A stretch of DNA of 64,000 nt from contig CAZHZL010000001.1 of assembly GCA_964537245.1 (NCBI GenBank), positions 4,421 to 68,420 on the forward strand. Direction: 5' to 3'. This DNA comes from an uncultured Oscillospiraceae bacterium (GTDB taxonomy: Bacteria; Bacillota; Clostridia; UMGS1840). The notes under the pieces are model-generated. The model made no database searches and was not told the DNA's origin. It saw only the letters and a program-made list of their open reading frames with translations. Shown here piece by piece: positions 28,024 to 38,233 of this stretch. Made by a program: the position numbers and the translations under genes. Position 1 is the stretch's first letter, and the number at the start of each line of letters is the position of its first letter.

Positions 28024-30117
28024 ATGAATAATGTACCTGCAGTATTCGGAAGCCTTGTTTTTAACGATAATGTTATGAGAGACAGACTCCCAAAGGATAT
28101 TTATAAGGACCTGAAAAAGACAATAGAAGAAGGGAAAACCCTTGATATAAGTGTAGCAAATGTTGTTGCAAACGCTATGAAGGACTGGGCGTGCGAGCAT
28201 GGTGTTACACATTATACACATTGGTTTCAACCGCTTACAGGTATAACTGCCGAGAAGCACGACAGCTTTATTTCTCCAATCGGAGAAGGCAGAGTTATTA
28301 TGGATTTTTCAGGTAAAGAGCTTATAAAAGGCGAGCCTGACGCGTCAAGCTTTCCTTCGGGCGGGCTTCGAGCAACCTTTGAAGCAAGAGGCTATACTGC
28401 ATGGGACCCTACCTCATATGCATTTATAAAGGATTCTACACTTTGTATTCCGACAGCTTTTTGCTCGTACAGCGGTGAGGTTTTAGACAAAAAAACACCG
28501 CTTCTTCGTTCGATGGAGCTTATCAACACTCAGGCTATGAGAATACTTAAGCTTTTCGGAAACGGAGATGTGAAGAGAGTAAATACAACTGTTGGAGCAG
28601 AACAGGAGTATTTTCTTATAGATAAAAGCGTATACGAAAAAAGACCCGACCTGATATATACGGGAAGAACCTTGTTTGGTGCAAAGCCACCGAAGGGACA
28701 GGAGCTTGAGGACCATTATTTCGGTACTATAAAGCCGAGAGTTGCAGAGTTTATGGCAGAGCTTGACGAAGAGCTTTGGAAGCTGGGAGTTTTGGCAAAA
28801 ACAAAGCATAACGAAGCGGCACCTGCACAGCATGAGCTTGCTCCGATTTTTGAAACCTCAAATCTTGCAACCGACCAGAATCAGCTTACAATGGAAACAA
28901 TGAAAAAAATTGCTTCCAAGCACGATATGGTTTGTCTGCTTCACGAAAAGCCTTTTGCGGGCGTAAACGGAAGCGGCAAGCATAACAACTGGTCTCTTTG
29001 TACAAACACAGGCGTAAACCTGCTTGAGCCGGGAAAATCTCCCGGAGAAAACGCACAGTTTCTTCTGTTTTTATGCGCAGTAATAGAAGCTGTACATGAT
29101 AATCAGGATTTACTCAGAATGTCTGTTGCAAGCGCAGGAAACGACCACAGACTCGGCGGAAACGAAGCGCCTCCTGCAATTGTGTCAATGTTTTTGGGGG
29201 ATGAGCTTACTTCAATTCTTCATTCAATAGAAACAGACAGCTCCATTGATAAAGTTAAAAAGGAAAATCTTGAAATCGGTGTTGATGTTCTTCCGAATTT
29301 CCCGAAGGATACGACAGACAGAAACAGAACCTCTCCCCTTCCCTTTACAGGAAATAAATTTGAGTTCCGTATGGTTGGTGCGTCTTTCTCGATTTCAGAC
29401 CCTAATATTGTACTTAACACAATAGTCGGTGATGTTCTTGACAAGTATGCTACAAGACTTGAAAACGCTTCCGACTTCAAAAAAGAACTTAAAATACTTA
29501 TAAAAGATACAATAAAAAATCATAAGGCTATTATCTTTAACGGTAATAATTACAGCGAGGAATGGGTGCGGGAAGCAAAGAAAAGGGGACTTCTCAATCT
29601 GAAATCTTCTCCTGAAGCTATAAAAACTTTTGTCTCGGATAAGAATATTGCGCTTTTTACGAAGCATAAAATATTCAGTGAGGCAGAGGTTAAATCAAGA
29701 TGTGAAATTCAGCTTGAAAATTATTGTAAGGTGCTTAAAATTGAAGCGCTTACCTTTATTGAAATGCTCAGACGCGATATCATTCCTGCTGTCGTGAGCT
29801 ACGAAAAGGACCTTGTTGAAATGGCTTCTATGAAGAAAAATCTTATGGGCGAAGAGTTTATCAAGAGCGATATGAGGATGATTGACAGATTTTCCCGTGA
29901 TATTGATAATCTTTACGGTATTACAAGCGCCCTTACTCAGAGAGTTGAAGAAACAAAGAATTTCTCCGATGTAAATGAGCTTAGTGATTTCTACCGTGAC
30001 GAAATCGTTACAACAATGGAGGACGCAAGACTTATTGTTGACGGTCTTGAGACAAATGTCGGAAGAAAATACTGGCCGTTCCCGTCTTACGGTGAAATGC
30101 TTTTCAGTATCCAGTAA
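28024..30117 (+). CDS. glnN: Glutamine synthetase type III
   Basis: 697 aa. [24 protein letters not shown] and [11 protein letters not shown] are GS catalytic motifs in the long type III architecture. Confidence 0.85.
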   Translation: MNNVPAVFGSLVFNDNVMRDRLPKDIYKDLKKTIEEGKTLDISVANVVANAMKDWACEHGVTHYTHWFQPLTGITAEKHDSFISPIGEGRVIMDFSGKELIKGEPDASSFPSGGLRATFEARGYTAWDPTSYAFIKDSTLCIPTAFCSYSGEVLDKKTPLLRSMELINTQAMRILKLFGNGDVKRVNTTVGAEQEYFLIDKSVYEKRPDLIYTGRTLFGAKPPKGQELEDHYFGTIKPRVAEFMAELDEELWKLGVLAKTKHNEAAPAQHELAPIFETSNLATDQNQLTMETMKKIASKHDMVCLLHEKPFAGVNGSGKHNNWSLCTNTGVNLLEPGKSPGENAQFLLFLCAVIEAVHDNQDLLRMSVASAGNDHRLGGNEAPPAIVSMFLGDELTSILHSIETDSSIDKVKKENLEIGVDVLPNFPKDTTDRNRTSPLPFTGNKFEFRMVGASFSISDPNIVLNTIVGDVLDKYATRLENASDFKKELKILIKDTIKNHKAIIFNGNNYSEEWVREAKKRGLLNLKSSPEAIKTFVSDKNIALFTKHKIFSEAEVKSRCEIQLENYCKVLKIEALTFIEMLRRDIIPAVVSYEKDLVEMASMKKNLMGEEFIKSDMRMIDRFSRDIDNLYGITSALTQRVEETKNFSDVNELSDFYRDEIVTTMEDARLIVDGLETNVGRKYWPFPSYGEMLFSIQ

Positions 30118-30141
30118 TTTTAATATTTTGGTGATTACATA

Positions 30142-30690
30142 ATGAGTTTATTTGAGCTTTTTCTGACAGCGGTAGCGCTGTCTATGGACGCCTTTGCGGT
30201 TTCAATCTGCAAAGGGCTTAGCGTAAGAACATTAAAACCCACACATTCTCTTTGTGTGGGTACATATTTCGGCGGATTTCAGGCGCTTATGCCTTTAATC
30301 GGATATTTTTTAGGCTCACAGTTTGAAAGATTTATAACGAGCGTCGACCATTGGATTGCGTTTATTCTTCTTGGAATAATCGGTATAAATATGATAAAGG
30401 AAGCAAAAGAGTGTGAAGAGATGGATGATTCCTTTTCTTTTAAAACAATGCTTACTCTTGCTGTTGCCACAAGTATAGACGCACTTGCAGTTGGTGTTAT
30501 GTTTGCAATTATGAAGGTAAATATCGTGCCTGCTGTTATATTCATCGGTGTAACAACCTTTTCTTTAAGCGTTGTAGGTATCCGAGTAGGGAATGTTTTT
30601 GGTGCAAGATTCAAATCAAAGGCGGAAATTGCAGGCGGCGTTATACTTATTTGTATGGGAATAAAGATACTGATTGAACATTTGTTTTAA
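30142..30690 (+). CDS. mntP: Manganese efflux pump MntP
   Basis: [14 protein letters not shown] and SIDALAVG are the duplicated DUF204 motifs. Six TM helices. Confidence 0.85.
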   Translation: MSLFELFLTAVALSMDAFAVSICKGLSVRTLKPTHSLCVGTYFGGFQALMPLIGYFLGSQFERFITSVDHWIAFILLGIIGINMIKEAKECEEMDDSFSFKTMLTLAVATSIDALAVGVMFAIMKVNIVPAVIFIGVTTFSLSVVGIRVGNVFGARFKSKAEIAGGVILICMGIKILIEHLF

Positions 30691-30726
30691 AACTTTGTCA
30701 CATTAAATTGAAAGGAGCTTTGCGGT

Positions 30727-31587
30727 ATGGCTAAATTTTTTACTGATTGTTTTCAGGACGGTACAGATGAATGTGTATCCTCTAAAACCTATGCTGTTTT
30801 TTATTCGGATGCAGAAGAACAGGTTAAGGAAATGCATATACACGATTGCTGCGAGGTCTTTTTGTGTATGTCCGACAACCATAAATTCCTAATCGGAGAC
30901 AGCGTTTTCACAGCTAATAAATATGATTTGTTTGCTGTTAATCAGTTTGAAATACATAAGCTTATGGAAAGCGCCGATAACTTTTGCGAGCGCTATGTTT
31001 TTAAGGTGCACCCGCAGTTTTGCTTGCTTAATTCAACCAGTAAAACAGATTTGTCCGCTTGCTTTTACGACAGAAAAAATATCAACAGAAAAGCAACGCT
31101 GACAAAGGAACAGGCGGACGAGCTTATAAGCCTTTATGAAAGTATGCGTACATATGGTCAGTACGGCGATGATATCCTTGCAAATGTTGCGGCTATTAAG
31201 GTGCTTGTTTATGTGAACAGATATCTTGTGATGTCATCTTCGGGAACACACGGCGTTCCATACAGCGAAAACAATCTTGTTCACAGCGTTGTTGAATACA
31301 TAAACGAGCATATGCTTGAAGATATCAGCTTAGATGAAATTTCTTCAATTCATTATGTTTCCAAAAATCATCTGTGCAGAATTTTTAAAAAACAAACAGG
31401 TACAACTGTTATAAATTATATTATAGTAAGACGAATTGCCGAAGCAAAGAAGTTCTTGAGCGAGGGCTATGATGTTAAGGAAACCTGCGAAAAATGCGGC
31501 TTTAACGATTATTCGCATTTTATAAGGACCTTCCGCCATATTGTCGGTGTACCGCCGAAGCAGTATATAATGAGAAAAGAGAGATAA
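30727..31587 (+). CDS. AraC family transcriptional regulator (cupin + HTH)
   Basis: C-terminal AraC HTH (SKNHLCRIFKKQTGTTVINYI...CGFNDYSHFIRTFRHIVGVPPKQY). Confidence 0.8.
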   Translation: MAKFFTDCFQDGTDECVSSKTYAVFYSDAEEQVKEMHIHDCCEVFLCMSDNHKFLIGDSVFTANKYDLFAVNQFEIHKLMESADNFCERYVFKVHPQFCLLNSTSKTDLSACFYDRKNINRKATLTKEQADELISLYESMRTYGQYGDDILANVAAIKVLVYVNRYLVMSSSGTHGVPYSENNLVHSVVEYINEHMLEDISLDEISSIHYVSKNHLCRIFKKQTGTTVINYIIVRRIAEAKKFLSEGYDVKETCEKCGFNDYSHFIRTFRHIVGVPPKQYIMRKER

Positions 31588-31590
31588 AAA

Positions 31591-32124
31591 ATGCCATACG
31601 AGGATATATTTAAGGATAAGCTTATTATAAAGCTTATGATTCTCTATGCGGTGAGAGAATATAAAAAACCGCTTTCAAACTCGCTTCTTACAAAGCTTGT
31701 GACAGAAAACAACGAAATAGATTTTTTCGATTTGCAATACGGTATTTCGGAGCTTGTTAAAATAGGCGATTTATACGGCTTTGAGGAAGATGGTTTCCAC
31801 TTTTACAGACTTAACAGCGACGGAAAGGACAGTATAGATTTTTTTGAAAACAAAATTCCGCTTGTTTTGAGAAACAGAATAAGAAAAAGCGTCAATGCGC
31901 AGCATGAAAAAGAAAAACCAATAACCGATGTTGTTACAACTACTGTGCCTGAAGGCGACGGCTTTCTGGTAAGTGTGAAAATTCTTGAGGATGGTATAGA
32001 ACAGTTTGGTGTAAATATCAATGTTGCTTCTCGTGAAACTGCAAAAGCGACTTGTGAATATTTCAAGCATAATGTCGGCGATATATATCAGTATGTGAGT
32101 AAGAATATCGGAGAAATAGTATAA
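31591..32124 (+). CDS. DUF4364-like putative regulator
   Basis: 177 aa. N-terminal winged-helix-like KLMILYAVREYKKPLSNSLLTKLV. Assignment made from memory. Confidence 0.4.
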   Translation: MPYEDIFKDKLIIKLMILYAVREYKKPLSNSLLTKLVTENNEIDFFDLQYGISELVKIGDLYGFEEDGFHFYRLNSDGKDSIDFFENKIPLVLRNRIRKSVNAQHEKEKPITDVVTTTVPEGDGFLVSVKILEDGIEQFGVNINVASRETAKATCEYFKHNVGDIYQYVSKNIGEIV

Positions 32125-32159
32125 TATTTTTTCATTTACATAAAAAGGAGTGGCTTAAA

Positions 32160-32657
32160 GTGAAAAATGGGAAAATAAGAAAAATGACCTTGTGCGCAAT
32201 GTTTACAGCACTTACATGCCTTGCTACAATGATAGCAATTCCTGTTGCAGGAATCGGATATGTCAATGCAGGCGACTGCCTTGTTATTTTGTCTGCGTGG
32301 TTTTTGGGATCGTGGTACAGTGCGTTTTCTGCGGCTGTCGGGTCATCGCTTTCAGATTTGTTTTTAGGATATGGAATATATGCTCCCGCAACCTTTATAA
32401 TAAAAGGAGTTATGGCAGTTGTATTTTGTATGCTGTATAAAAATATTCAGAAAATATCGGAAAAACCCCTTTTGAACTTTGCTTTTTGTGCAGTTGTAAC
32501 CGAAATTGTTATGGTAGCGGGTTACTTTCTTCACGCTTGCATTATATTAGGCGAAGGCTGGGGTGCTTCAGCAACAATCTTTGCAAATTCAATGCAGGGA
32601 ATTTTCGGAGTAATAAGCTCGGCTGTACTTTCAGGATTTTTAAAGAAGCTAAAATGA
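32160..32657 (+). CDS. ECF transporter S-component-like membrane protein
   Basis: GTG start after AAAGGAG. 165 aa with 5-6 TM helices. MTLCAMFTALTCLATMIAIPV is typical of an ECF-S N-terminus. Confidence 0.55.
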   Translation: MKNGKIRKMTLCAMFTALTCLATMIAIPVAGIGYVNAGDCLVILSAWFLGSWYSAFSAAVGSSLSDLFLGYGIYAPATFIIKGVMAVVFCMLYKNIQKISEKPLLNFAFCAVVTEIVMVAGYFLHACIILGEGWGASATIFANSMQGIFGVISSAVLSGFLKKLK

Positions 32658-32700
32658 TAAAAAATGCTGTGGCATATGTCGTGTACTCTTAAGGATGGTT

Positions 32701-32743
32701 AACGGGTATGTCTCTCATACAAGCGAGACATACCCGTTTTTTT
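32701..32743. terminator. Bidirectional terminator
   Basis: 14-bp stem aacgggtatgtctc / gagacatacccgtt followed by a T-run. Confidence 0.8.
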
Positions 32744-32745
32744 CG

Positions 32746-33549
32746 TTATTTTATAATTTTTTTATATGCATTGATATCATCTTTATCCGGTGACGGATAA
32801 CTGGTAAATAGCATATTTAAAGCTTCGTATTTATGTTCACTCATCCGGTGATATGGCAAAAGCTCCACACTTTTGTACTTGATATCGCAAAGAAAATCGG
32901 CAATGTTTTTTATTTCTTCGGTATCTGCATTAAACTCAGGTATAATTGGTATTCTGATAATTATTTCTCCGCCATAGTCGGAAGAAAGCCGCTTTAAGTT
33001 TTCAAGTATAACTTTGTTCGAAAAACCTGTTCCCTCAATATGCAAATTTTCGCTGACCGCCTTTATATCATAAAGAAACAGGTCAGTATAAGGAATGATT
33101 TTTTCAAAAAACTCCCACGGAAGATTGCCGGCTGTATCGACTGCTGTATGTATACCAACTTCCTTGCATTTTTTTAAAATTTCTTCAAGAAAGTCAGTTT
33201 GTAACATACATTCACCTCCTGAGAATGTAACACCGCCACAAGAGGTGTTATAGAAGACTTTATCTTTTATGATTTCTGACAATAATTCGTTGACAGTATA
33301 CTCTTTTCCGCTTATTTCCTTTGCCCCATTATAACAGGTAAAGTTTATATCCTCTGCAGTTAAATTTTTGCACCTTCCGCAACCGGTACATTTATTTTTA
33401 TAAAAAAGTATTTCTTTTTCAGGTTTTTGACTTTCGGGATTATGGCACCATTTGCACTTTAAATTACAGCCCTTAAAGAACACCGTTGTTCTTATGCCCG
33501 GACCGTCTACAAGTGAATTTCTTTGAATGGAAAAAATTGTAGCGTTCAT
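32746..33549 (-). CDS. Glycyl-radical enzyme activating enzyme (radical SAM)
   Basis: DGPGIRTTVFFKGCNLKCKWCHNPE (CxxxCxxC) plus an extra CTGCGRC cluster. Lies next to the GRE gene. Confidence 0.9.
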   Translation of the reverse strand: MNATIFSIQRNSLVDGPGIRTTVFFKGCNLKCKWCHNPESQKPEKEILFYKNKCTGCGRCKNLTAEDINFTCYNGAKEISGKEYTVNELLSEIIKDKVFYNTSCGGVTFSGGECMLQTDFLEEILKKCKEVGIHTAVDTAGNLPWEFFEKIIPYTDLFLYDIKAVSENLHIEGTGFSNKVILENLKRLSSDYGGEIIIRIPIIPEFNADTEEIKNIADFLCDIKYKSVELLPYHRMSEHKYEALNMLFTSYPSPDKDDINAYKKIIK

Positions 33550-33567
33550 ATAGCTCCTCTCCGATAA

Positions 33568-35691
33568 TCATTTGTACCTTCCTATAATCATATCCTGCCA
33601 TTCTTTGTTCATGGTTACAAATCGGGCGTTCCATCCCGAAACACGGACAGAAAGGTTCTGATAGTCTTCCGGATGCTCTTGTGCTTTCTTTAACAACTCT
33701 GCATCTGCAATATCAAGTTGCATGAAATGACCGCCAAGCAAGACAAAGCCTTTTATTAAAGAAATAATTGCAGTTATACCAATTTCGCTGTTTGCAAAAG
33801 AAGGCAATAACTTAATATCAAGTGCCGCCCCGGAAACTGTTCTTTTAAGATTTGATTTGCAATAGGAACGTATAATAGCAGTTGAACCCTCTTTATCTGT
33901 TCCGGGGGTTGGGGAATAATTTCCGGACAAAATATCGTGTGCTTTTTTTCCGTTAGGTGTTGCCAGTCGGTGGTTTGACCACTCGAGTTGTCTGCCGAAT
34001 GTGCTGATTCCTGCCGGAGTCATAAATCCTGAATTATGTGTTGTATCATCACAAATATCTGCAAAATCATTTACAATGCGTGCACCGATTTCGTCAACTT
34101 CGTCGTTATCATTCCCAAAGTAAGAGTATCCATTTAAGGCAATACATCTTAAATCCTCATGTCCTTCCCAATTATTTTTCAAGACTTCCATAAGTTCTTT
34201 AAAGCTTGATTTTTTATCATCGAATACAAGCTTTTTGATGGCATACAAGCTGTTTATGGTGTCGGGCAATCCTCCGATATGAGGTGAAATAACATTATAA
34301 ACAGGTCCGCCCTCTAAATAAGACAAGCCTTTTTCAATACAGCCGCCTTCAAAAATTGAAACAACAGTACATGGTGTTGTCGGTTTCCAATTCCAATCCT
34401 TGGTAGGAACACCGGAGTTTAAAAACTGGTTATGTGTATTAAGCTTTAATCTGTTTACATTATTTCTTAAATCTTTGATATATTTGTCATACAAATCATC
34501 AAATGATTCAAATATAACGTCATTATATCCATTCAACGTATCTTGCTGTAATATCTTCAAAGAATCAAATGGCTGATAGATAAAATACGTTTTCCCGGGA
34601 ATCTGAATTTCCCAACACCCGTCATTTGCAAATTTTCTGGCTTCGGTCAGAGAATATCCGTAATCTGTTAATGATTCAATAATCAAATCTTCGTTATATA
34701 CAGCGATGATTCCGCCTCCGAAGCGTATAACCTCGGCTATGCGTTTTAGAAGTTTCGATTCGGAGTTTTTATTTATGCGTACTGTTGTAGGAAAATCACT
34801 GATACCAAATTCTTCCAATATATCCAGGACAAGATATGTAACATCGTTTGTTACATCATCACCGTTTTCGTCAATACCTGAAAGAATAATATTTTGATAA
34901 TGCTGTGCATCACCGCTTCCGTAATCTCCACCGCTTACCCATTCGCACCCCTTTATGAAAAAGTGTGCAAGAATTTCTCTTGCTTCATCTAAAGTTATTC
35001 TTTTCGTTTTAAGATCGTTTTCGAGATAATCGCCCAAAAGCCAGTCAATTCTTCCAATACCCGGCCAGTTTCCGCAAAGACGAACAAAGGCAAATGTAAA
35101 CCAGATGCTTTGTACCGCTTCATAAAAGTTGGTTGCAGGCTCAAATGGGACAAGTGTTAAATTCTGATAATTCTCTTCATACCCGTCTTTGTTTTTTAGC
35201 TCTTCCAGATATCTTAAACGGTATATTTCCATGCAGTTGATGCAATGAGCACAGCTTTTAAGAAATGGCTCTTTTTCGGTTCCTGCATATTTTATTAACG
35301 ATTCTTCAACCTTATCACGGATAAAGTTTACACCTTTTTTTACAACAGTTTCAAAATCAATAGTTAAATGGCTTATAGAACTCCAGATGTCGCTATTGTT
35401 ATACTGTGCAGGAACTATGTGCGAGATTGCCTTTCCTAATGTAGCAGAACCACTGAGTTTTTCATTTTCACAAATTCTGACGGGTGCTTTAGTAACAATT
35501 TCATGGATTGCTGCGTTATATTTTTCAATTTCTGACATGCTTTCAAAATTTTCTATGTGATTTAATGAAACACTTGGTGTTTTGCGGGTATCAATCCCAT
35601 ATTTGTGATTTAGCGATTCATATGCAAATTGTCTTGTTTTTTCACTTAATCGCACCGGTCTTTTTAGATTAGAAGATGTATAAAACTCCAT
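33568..35691 (-). CDS. Glycyl-radical enzyme, PFL2/dehydratase-lyase class, unknown substrate
   Basis: C-terminal RVSGWNARF glycine-radical motif and a NDGCWEIQ Cys loop (GCxE). The ATG at 35691 is 8 nt after GGAGG. 707 aa. Confidence 0.85.
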   Translation of the reverse strand: MEFYTSSNLKRPVRLSEKTRQFAYESLNHKYGIDTRKTPSVSLNHIENFESMSEIEKYNAAIHEIVTKAPVRICENEKLSGSATLGKAISHIVPAQYNNSDIWSSISHLTIDFETVVKKGVNFIRDKVEESLIKYAGTEKEPFLKSCAHCINCMEIYRLRYLEELKNKDGYEENYQNLTLVPFEPATNFYEAVQSIWFTFAFVRLCGNWPGIGRIDWLLGDYLENDLKTKRITLDEAREILAHFFIKGCEWVSGGDYGSGDAQHYQNIILSGIDENGDDVTNDVTYLVLDILEEFGISDFPTTVRINKNSESKLLKRIAEVIRFGGGIIAVYNEDLIIESLTDYGYSLTEARKFANDGCWEIQIPGKTYFIYQPFDSLKILQQDTLNGYNDVIFESFDDLYDKYIKDLRNNVNRLKLNTHNQFLNSGVPTKDWNWKPTTPCTVVSIFEGGCIEKGLSYLEGGPVYNVISPHIGGLPDTINSLYAIKKLVFDDKKSSFKELMEVLKNNWEGHEDLRCIALNGYSYFGNDNDEVDEIGARIVNDFADICDDTTHNSGFMTPAGISTFGRQLEWSNHRLATPNGKKAHDILSGNYSPTPGTDKEGSTAIIRSYCKSNLKRTVSGAALDIKLLPSFANSEIGITAIISLIKGFVLLGGHFMQLDIADAELLKKAQEHPEDYQNLSVRVSGWNARFVTMNKEWQDMIIGRYK

Positions 35692-35752
35692 ACCAATAAC
35701 CTCCAAACGAAATATTTGTTTAAATTATACTGTATAAATTCGATTTTGTCTA

Positions 35753-35781
35753 TTGACATAATTATTGAAAATATGTATAAT
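35753..35781 (+). promoter_or_regulatory. Consensus sigma-A promoter for the AraC regulator
   Basis: TTGACA, 17-nt spacer, TATAAT. Confidence 0.6.
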
Positions 35782-35798
35782 ACTATCGAGGTGTTTTT

Positions 35799-36584
35799 AT
35801 GAAAATCGAAAATATTGATATAAAATATTATAGCTATTCGGGATTTACCTCTTTAAAAAATGATGGTGTTACTCATATAAAACAATTACATTATTTATCA
35901 ATAGTACAATCAAAGATTGGTTCCTACGGAATAAAGCTCGACAAAGGAAATGAATACTTTACCGGTGAAGGTGGATTCTTTGTTGCACCATCGTATGTTA
36001 CTCAAAAAATAACTCATTTCGCAAATAAAGAAAACAATAAATTTACGGCAAGATATGTCTTTTTAGATGTAGTCATTAATAATACATACCATATTGATGA
36101 TATTTTTGATTTTCCTGTTATAATAGATAAAGAAATTTCTGCAATTTTTTATAAATATTTCGATGAATATGAAGCAACGGATAATGTTTGTGACCAAATG
36201 TGTTGTTTGTATAAAATAATTAAGCATTTATTACAGATATCTACCGAAAAAAAATCATATCGCAATACTGCTATATATCCTGTAATTGAGTTTATAAAGA
36301 CAAATTATATGAAAGGCATCAATGTACGCGAAATGGCCAATGTTATTAAAATGTCTGAATCTAATTTATATGCTGTTTTCAAAAAATCAACAGGAAGTTC
36401 TCCTGTAAAATACCTTAATGAATACAGATTATCCATTGCCTGCGAACTTTTACATCATACTGATAATACTATAAGGTGTATTGCTGAAAAAGTAGGGATT
36501 CCTGATCAGTTTTATTTCAGCAAGTTGTTTAAAGCCAAATATTCTATGTCTCCTCAAAAATACAGAAAGCAGAAATTTTATTAA
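35799..36584 (+). CDS. AraC family transcriptional regulator
   Basis: C-terminal AraC HTH (MSESNLYAVFKKSTGSSPVKYLNEYRL...FYFSKLFKAKYSMSPQKYR). Divergent from the GRE gene. Confidence 0.8.
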   Translation: MKIENIDIKYYSYSGFTSLKNDGVTHIKQLHYLSIVQSKIGSYGIKLDKGNEYFTGEGGFFVAPSYVTQKITHFANKENNKFTARYVFLDVVINNTYHIDDIFDFPVIIDKEISAIFYKYFDEYEATDNVCDQMCCLYKIIKHLLQISTEKKSYRNTAIYPVIEFIKTNYMKGINVREMANVIKMSESNLYAVFKKSTGSSPVKYLNEYRLSIACELLHHTDNTIRCIAEKVGIPDQFYFSKLFKAKYSMSPQKYRKQKFY

Positions 36585-36696
36585 TTATATTATGTCCGGC
36601 ACTGTAACAAGCAGGGAAAGTGTATATCATTTTCCGTATGTTCAGGATAATCCTAAGACCTTATAATCGTGACGATGTGGGCATCGTCACCTGCGA

Positions 36697-36734
36697 TAAA
36701 AGGCAGAAACGAATCATTTCGTTCCTGCCTTTTA
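36697..36734. terminator. Bidirectional terminator
   Basis: aaaaggcagaaacgaa / ttcgttcctgcctttt stem with flanking A- and T-runs. Confidence 0.7.
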
Positions 36735-36790
36735 ATATTACTGTCCTTATGAGTACATGACATAAGCCACAGCATTTTTTATTATAAATA

Positions 36791-37519
36791 TTATTCTTCT
36801 TCCCAGGAATGATATATATTTTGTACATCGTCGTTTTCTTCAAGTAAGTCGATAAGACGCTGCATATTTGTGATATCCTTTTCGTCGGTAAGCTTTGTAT
36901 AAGTATTCGGGATTTTTGAAACCTCAGCTTCTAAAATTGTATATCCTTTTTCTTCAACAGCTTCTCTTACGGTGCTGAAATCTTCGGGAGACGTTGTTAT
37001 TTCGTAACATTCGTCCATAACCTCAAAATCTTCTGCGCCAAGCTCTAAAGCTTCCATTGTCATTTCATCATCGTCCATAGAATCTGTTTTTTCGATTACT
37101 ATAACACCAAGCTCCTTAAACGACCAGCTAACGCAGCCTGTTGCTCCCATGTTTCCGCCGAATTTGTCAAATGCATGACGAACATCAGCCGCAGTTCTGT
37201 TTTTATTGTCTGTTAAAGTTTCAACGATAACGGCAACGCCTGACGGTCCGTAGCCCTCGTAAACGATTTCCTCGTAATTTGATGTATCTTCTCCGCCGGC
37301 AGCCTTTTTGATACAACGCTGTACATTATCAGACGGCATATTGTTTGCTCTTGCTTTTGCAATTATATCCTTAAGTCTACCATTGATGGACGGGTCAGGT
37401 CCGCCTGATTTTACCGCAACGGCTATCTCTCTGCCGAGCTTTGTGTAAATCTTGGCTTTTTGTGCGTCTGATTTTTCCTTTTTGTGTTTAATGTTTGACC
37501 ATTTTGAATGTCCTGACAT
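36791..37519 (-). CDS. yebC: YebC/PmpR family DNA-binding regulator
   Basis: [15 protein letters not shown]-terminus, diagnostic of the family. Confidence 0.9.
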   Translation of the reverse strand: MSGHSKWSNIKHKKEKSDAQKAKIYTKLGREIAVAVKSGGPDPSINGRLKDIIAKARANNMPSDNVQRCIKKAAGGEDTSNYEEIVYEGYGPSGVAVIVETLTDNKNRTAADVRHAFDKFGGNMGATGCVSWSFKELGVIVIEKTDSMDDDEMTMEALELGAEDFEVMDECYEITTSPEDFSTVREAVEEKGYTILEAEVSKIPNTYTKLTDEKDITNMQRLIDLLEENDDVQNIYHSWEEE

Positions 37520-37542
37520 TTTTTATTCTCCTTTTTAATTAA

Positions 37543-38004
37543 TTACTTTTTAAGAAGCTTCTGAACTTCCTCGACAAATGTATTTACATCCTTGAACTGT
37601 CTGTACACAGAAGCGAAACGAACATATGCAACCTCGTCGATATCCTTCAGCTTTTCCATAACAAGCTCACCGATTACAGAGCTTTCAATTTCGTTATTGA
37701 GCCCGCCTGAAACCGTAGCTTCAATTTCTGCAACTGCTTTATCTATGATTTCAGAGCTTACAGGTCTTTTTTCGCAGGCGCGCACTATTCCCATAGCAAC
37801 CTTCTGTCTGTCAAAGCGTGCTCGTTCGCCGTTTTTCTTTATTACCATAACAGGCACAGTCTCAATGCGCTCGAATGTTGAAAATCTTTTTTCGCATTTC
37901 ATACATTCCCGTCGTCTTTTTATCGAATTTGATTCCTCAATAGGTCTGGAATCAACAACCTTACTTTCTTCGTAACCGCAAAACGGACACTTCAAGCTGT
38001 TCAC
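37543..38004 (-). CDS. nrdR: Transcriptional repressor NrdR
   Basis: CPFCGYEESKVVDSR zinc ribbon followed by an ATP-cone. Confidence 0.9.
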   Translation of the reverse strand: MNSLKCPFCGYEESKVVDSRPIEESNSIKRRRECMKCEKRFSTFERIETVPVMVIKKNGERARFDRQKVAMGIVRACEKRPVSSEIIDKAVAEIEATVSGGLNNEIESSVIGELVMEKLKDIDEVAYVRFASVYRQFKDVNTFVEEVQKLLKK

Positions 38005-38059
38005 ATCCTTTCGGGGATATAGTTGAAAAAAGCCTTGTCATACGACAAGGCTTTTTTCA

Positions 38060-38134
38060 TGGCAGGGGTAGAGAGATTCGAACTCCCGGATAACGGAGTC
38101 AGAGTCCGTTGCCTTACCGCTTGGCGATACCCCT
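38060..38134 (-). tRNA. tRNA-Gln (anticodon CUG)
   Basis: Reverse complement is AGGGGTATCGCCAAGCGGTAAGGCA...CTCTGAC loop...GGTTCGAATC...CCA. A hairpin terminator at 38026-38058 follows it. Confidence 0.85.
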
Positions 38135-38233
38135 ATATTACCGCTGTTTTTGAAGCTTTTCATCAACAACGCTTGACTATTATACAACAATTTTTTTTGT
38201 TTGTCAAGACTTTTTTGTAAAATTTTGAAAAAA

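Noticed and set aside
30118-30141. Expected yybP-ykoY Mn riboswitch upstream of mntP.
   Set aside because: Only 24 nt separate glnN and mntP, which is no room for a riboswitch of about 100 nt or more.
36661-36843. 60-aa minus-strand ORF between the AraC gene and yebC.
   Set aside because: It overlaps the yebC 3' end and the bidirectional terminator hairpins. No RBS is present.
38023-38220. 65-aa plus-strand ORF.
   Set aside because: It is antisense to tRNA-Gln and its terminator hairpin, so it is an artefact.
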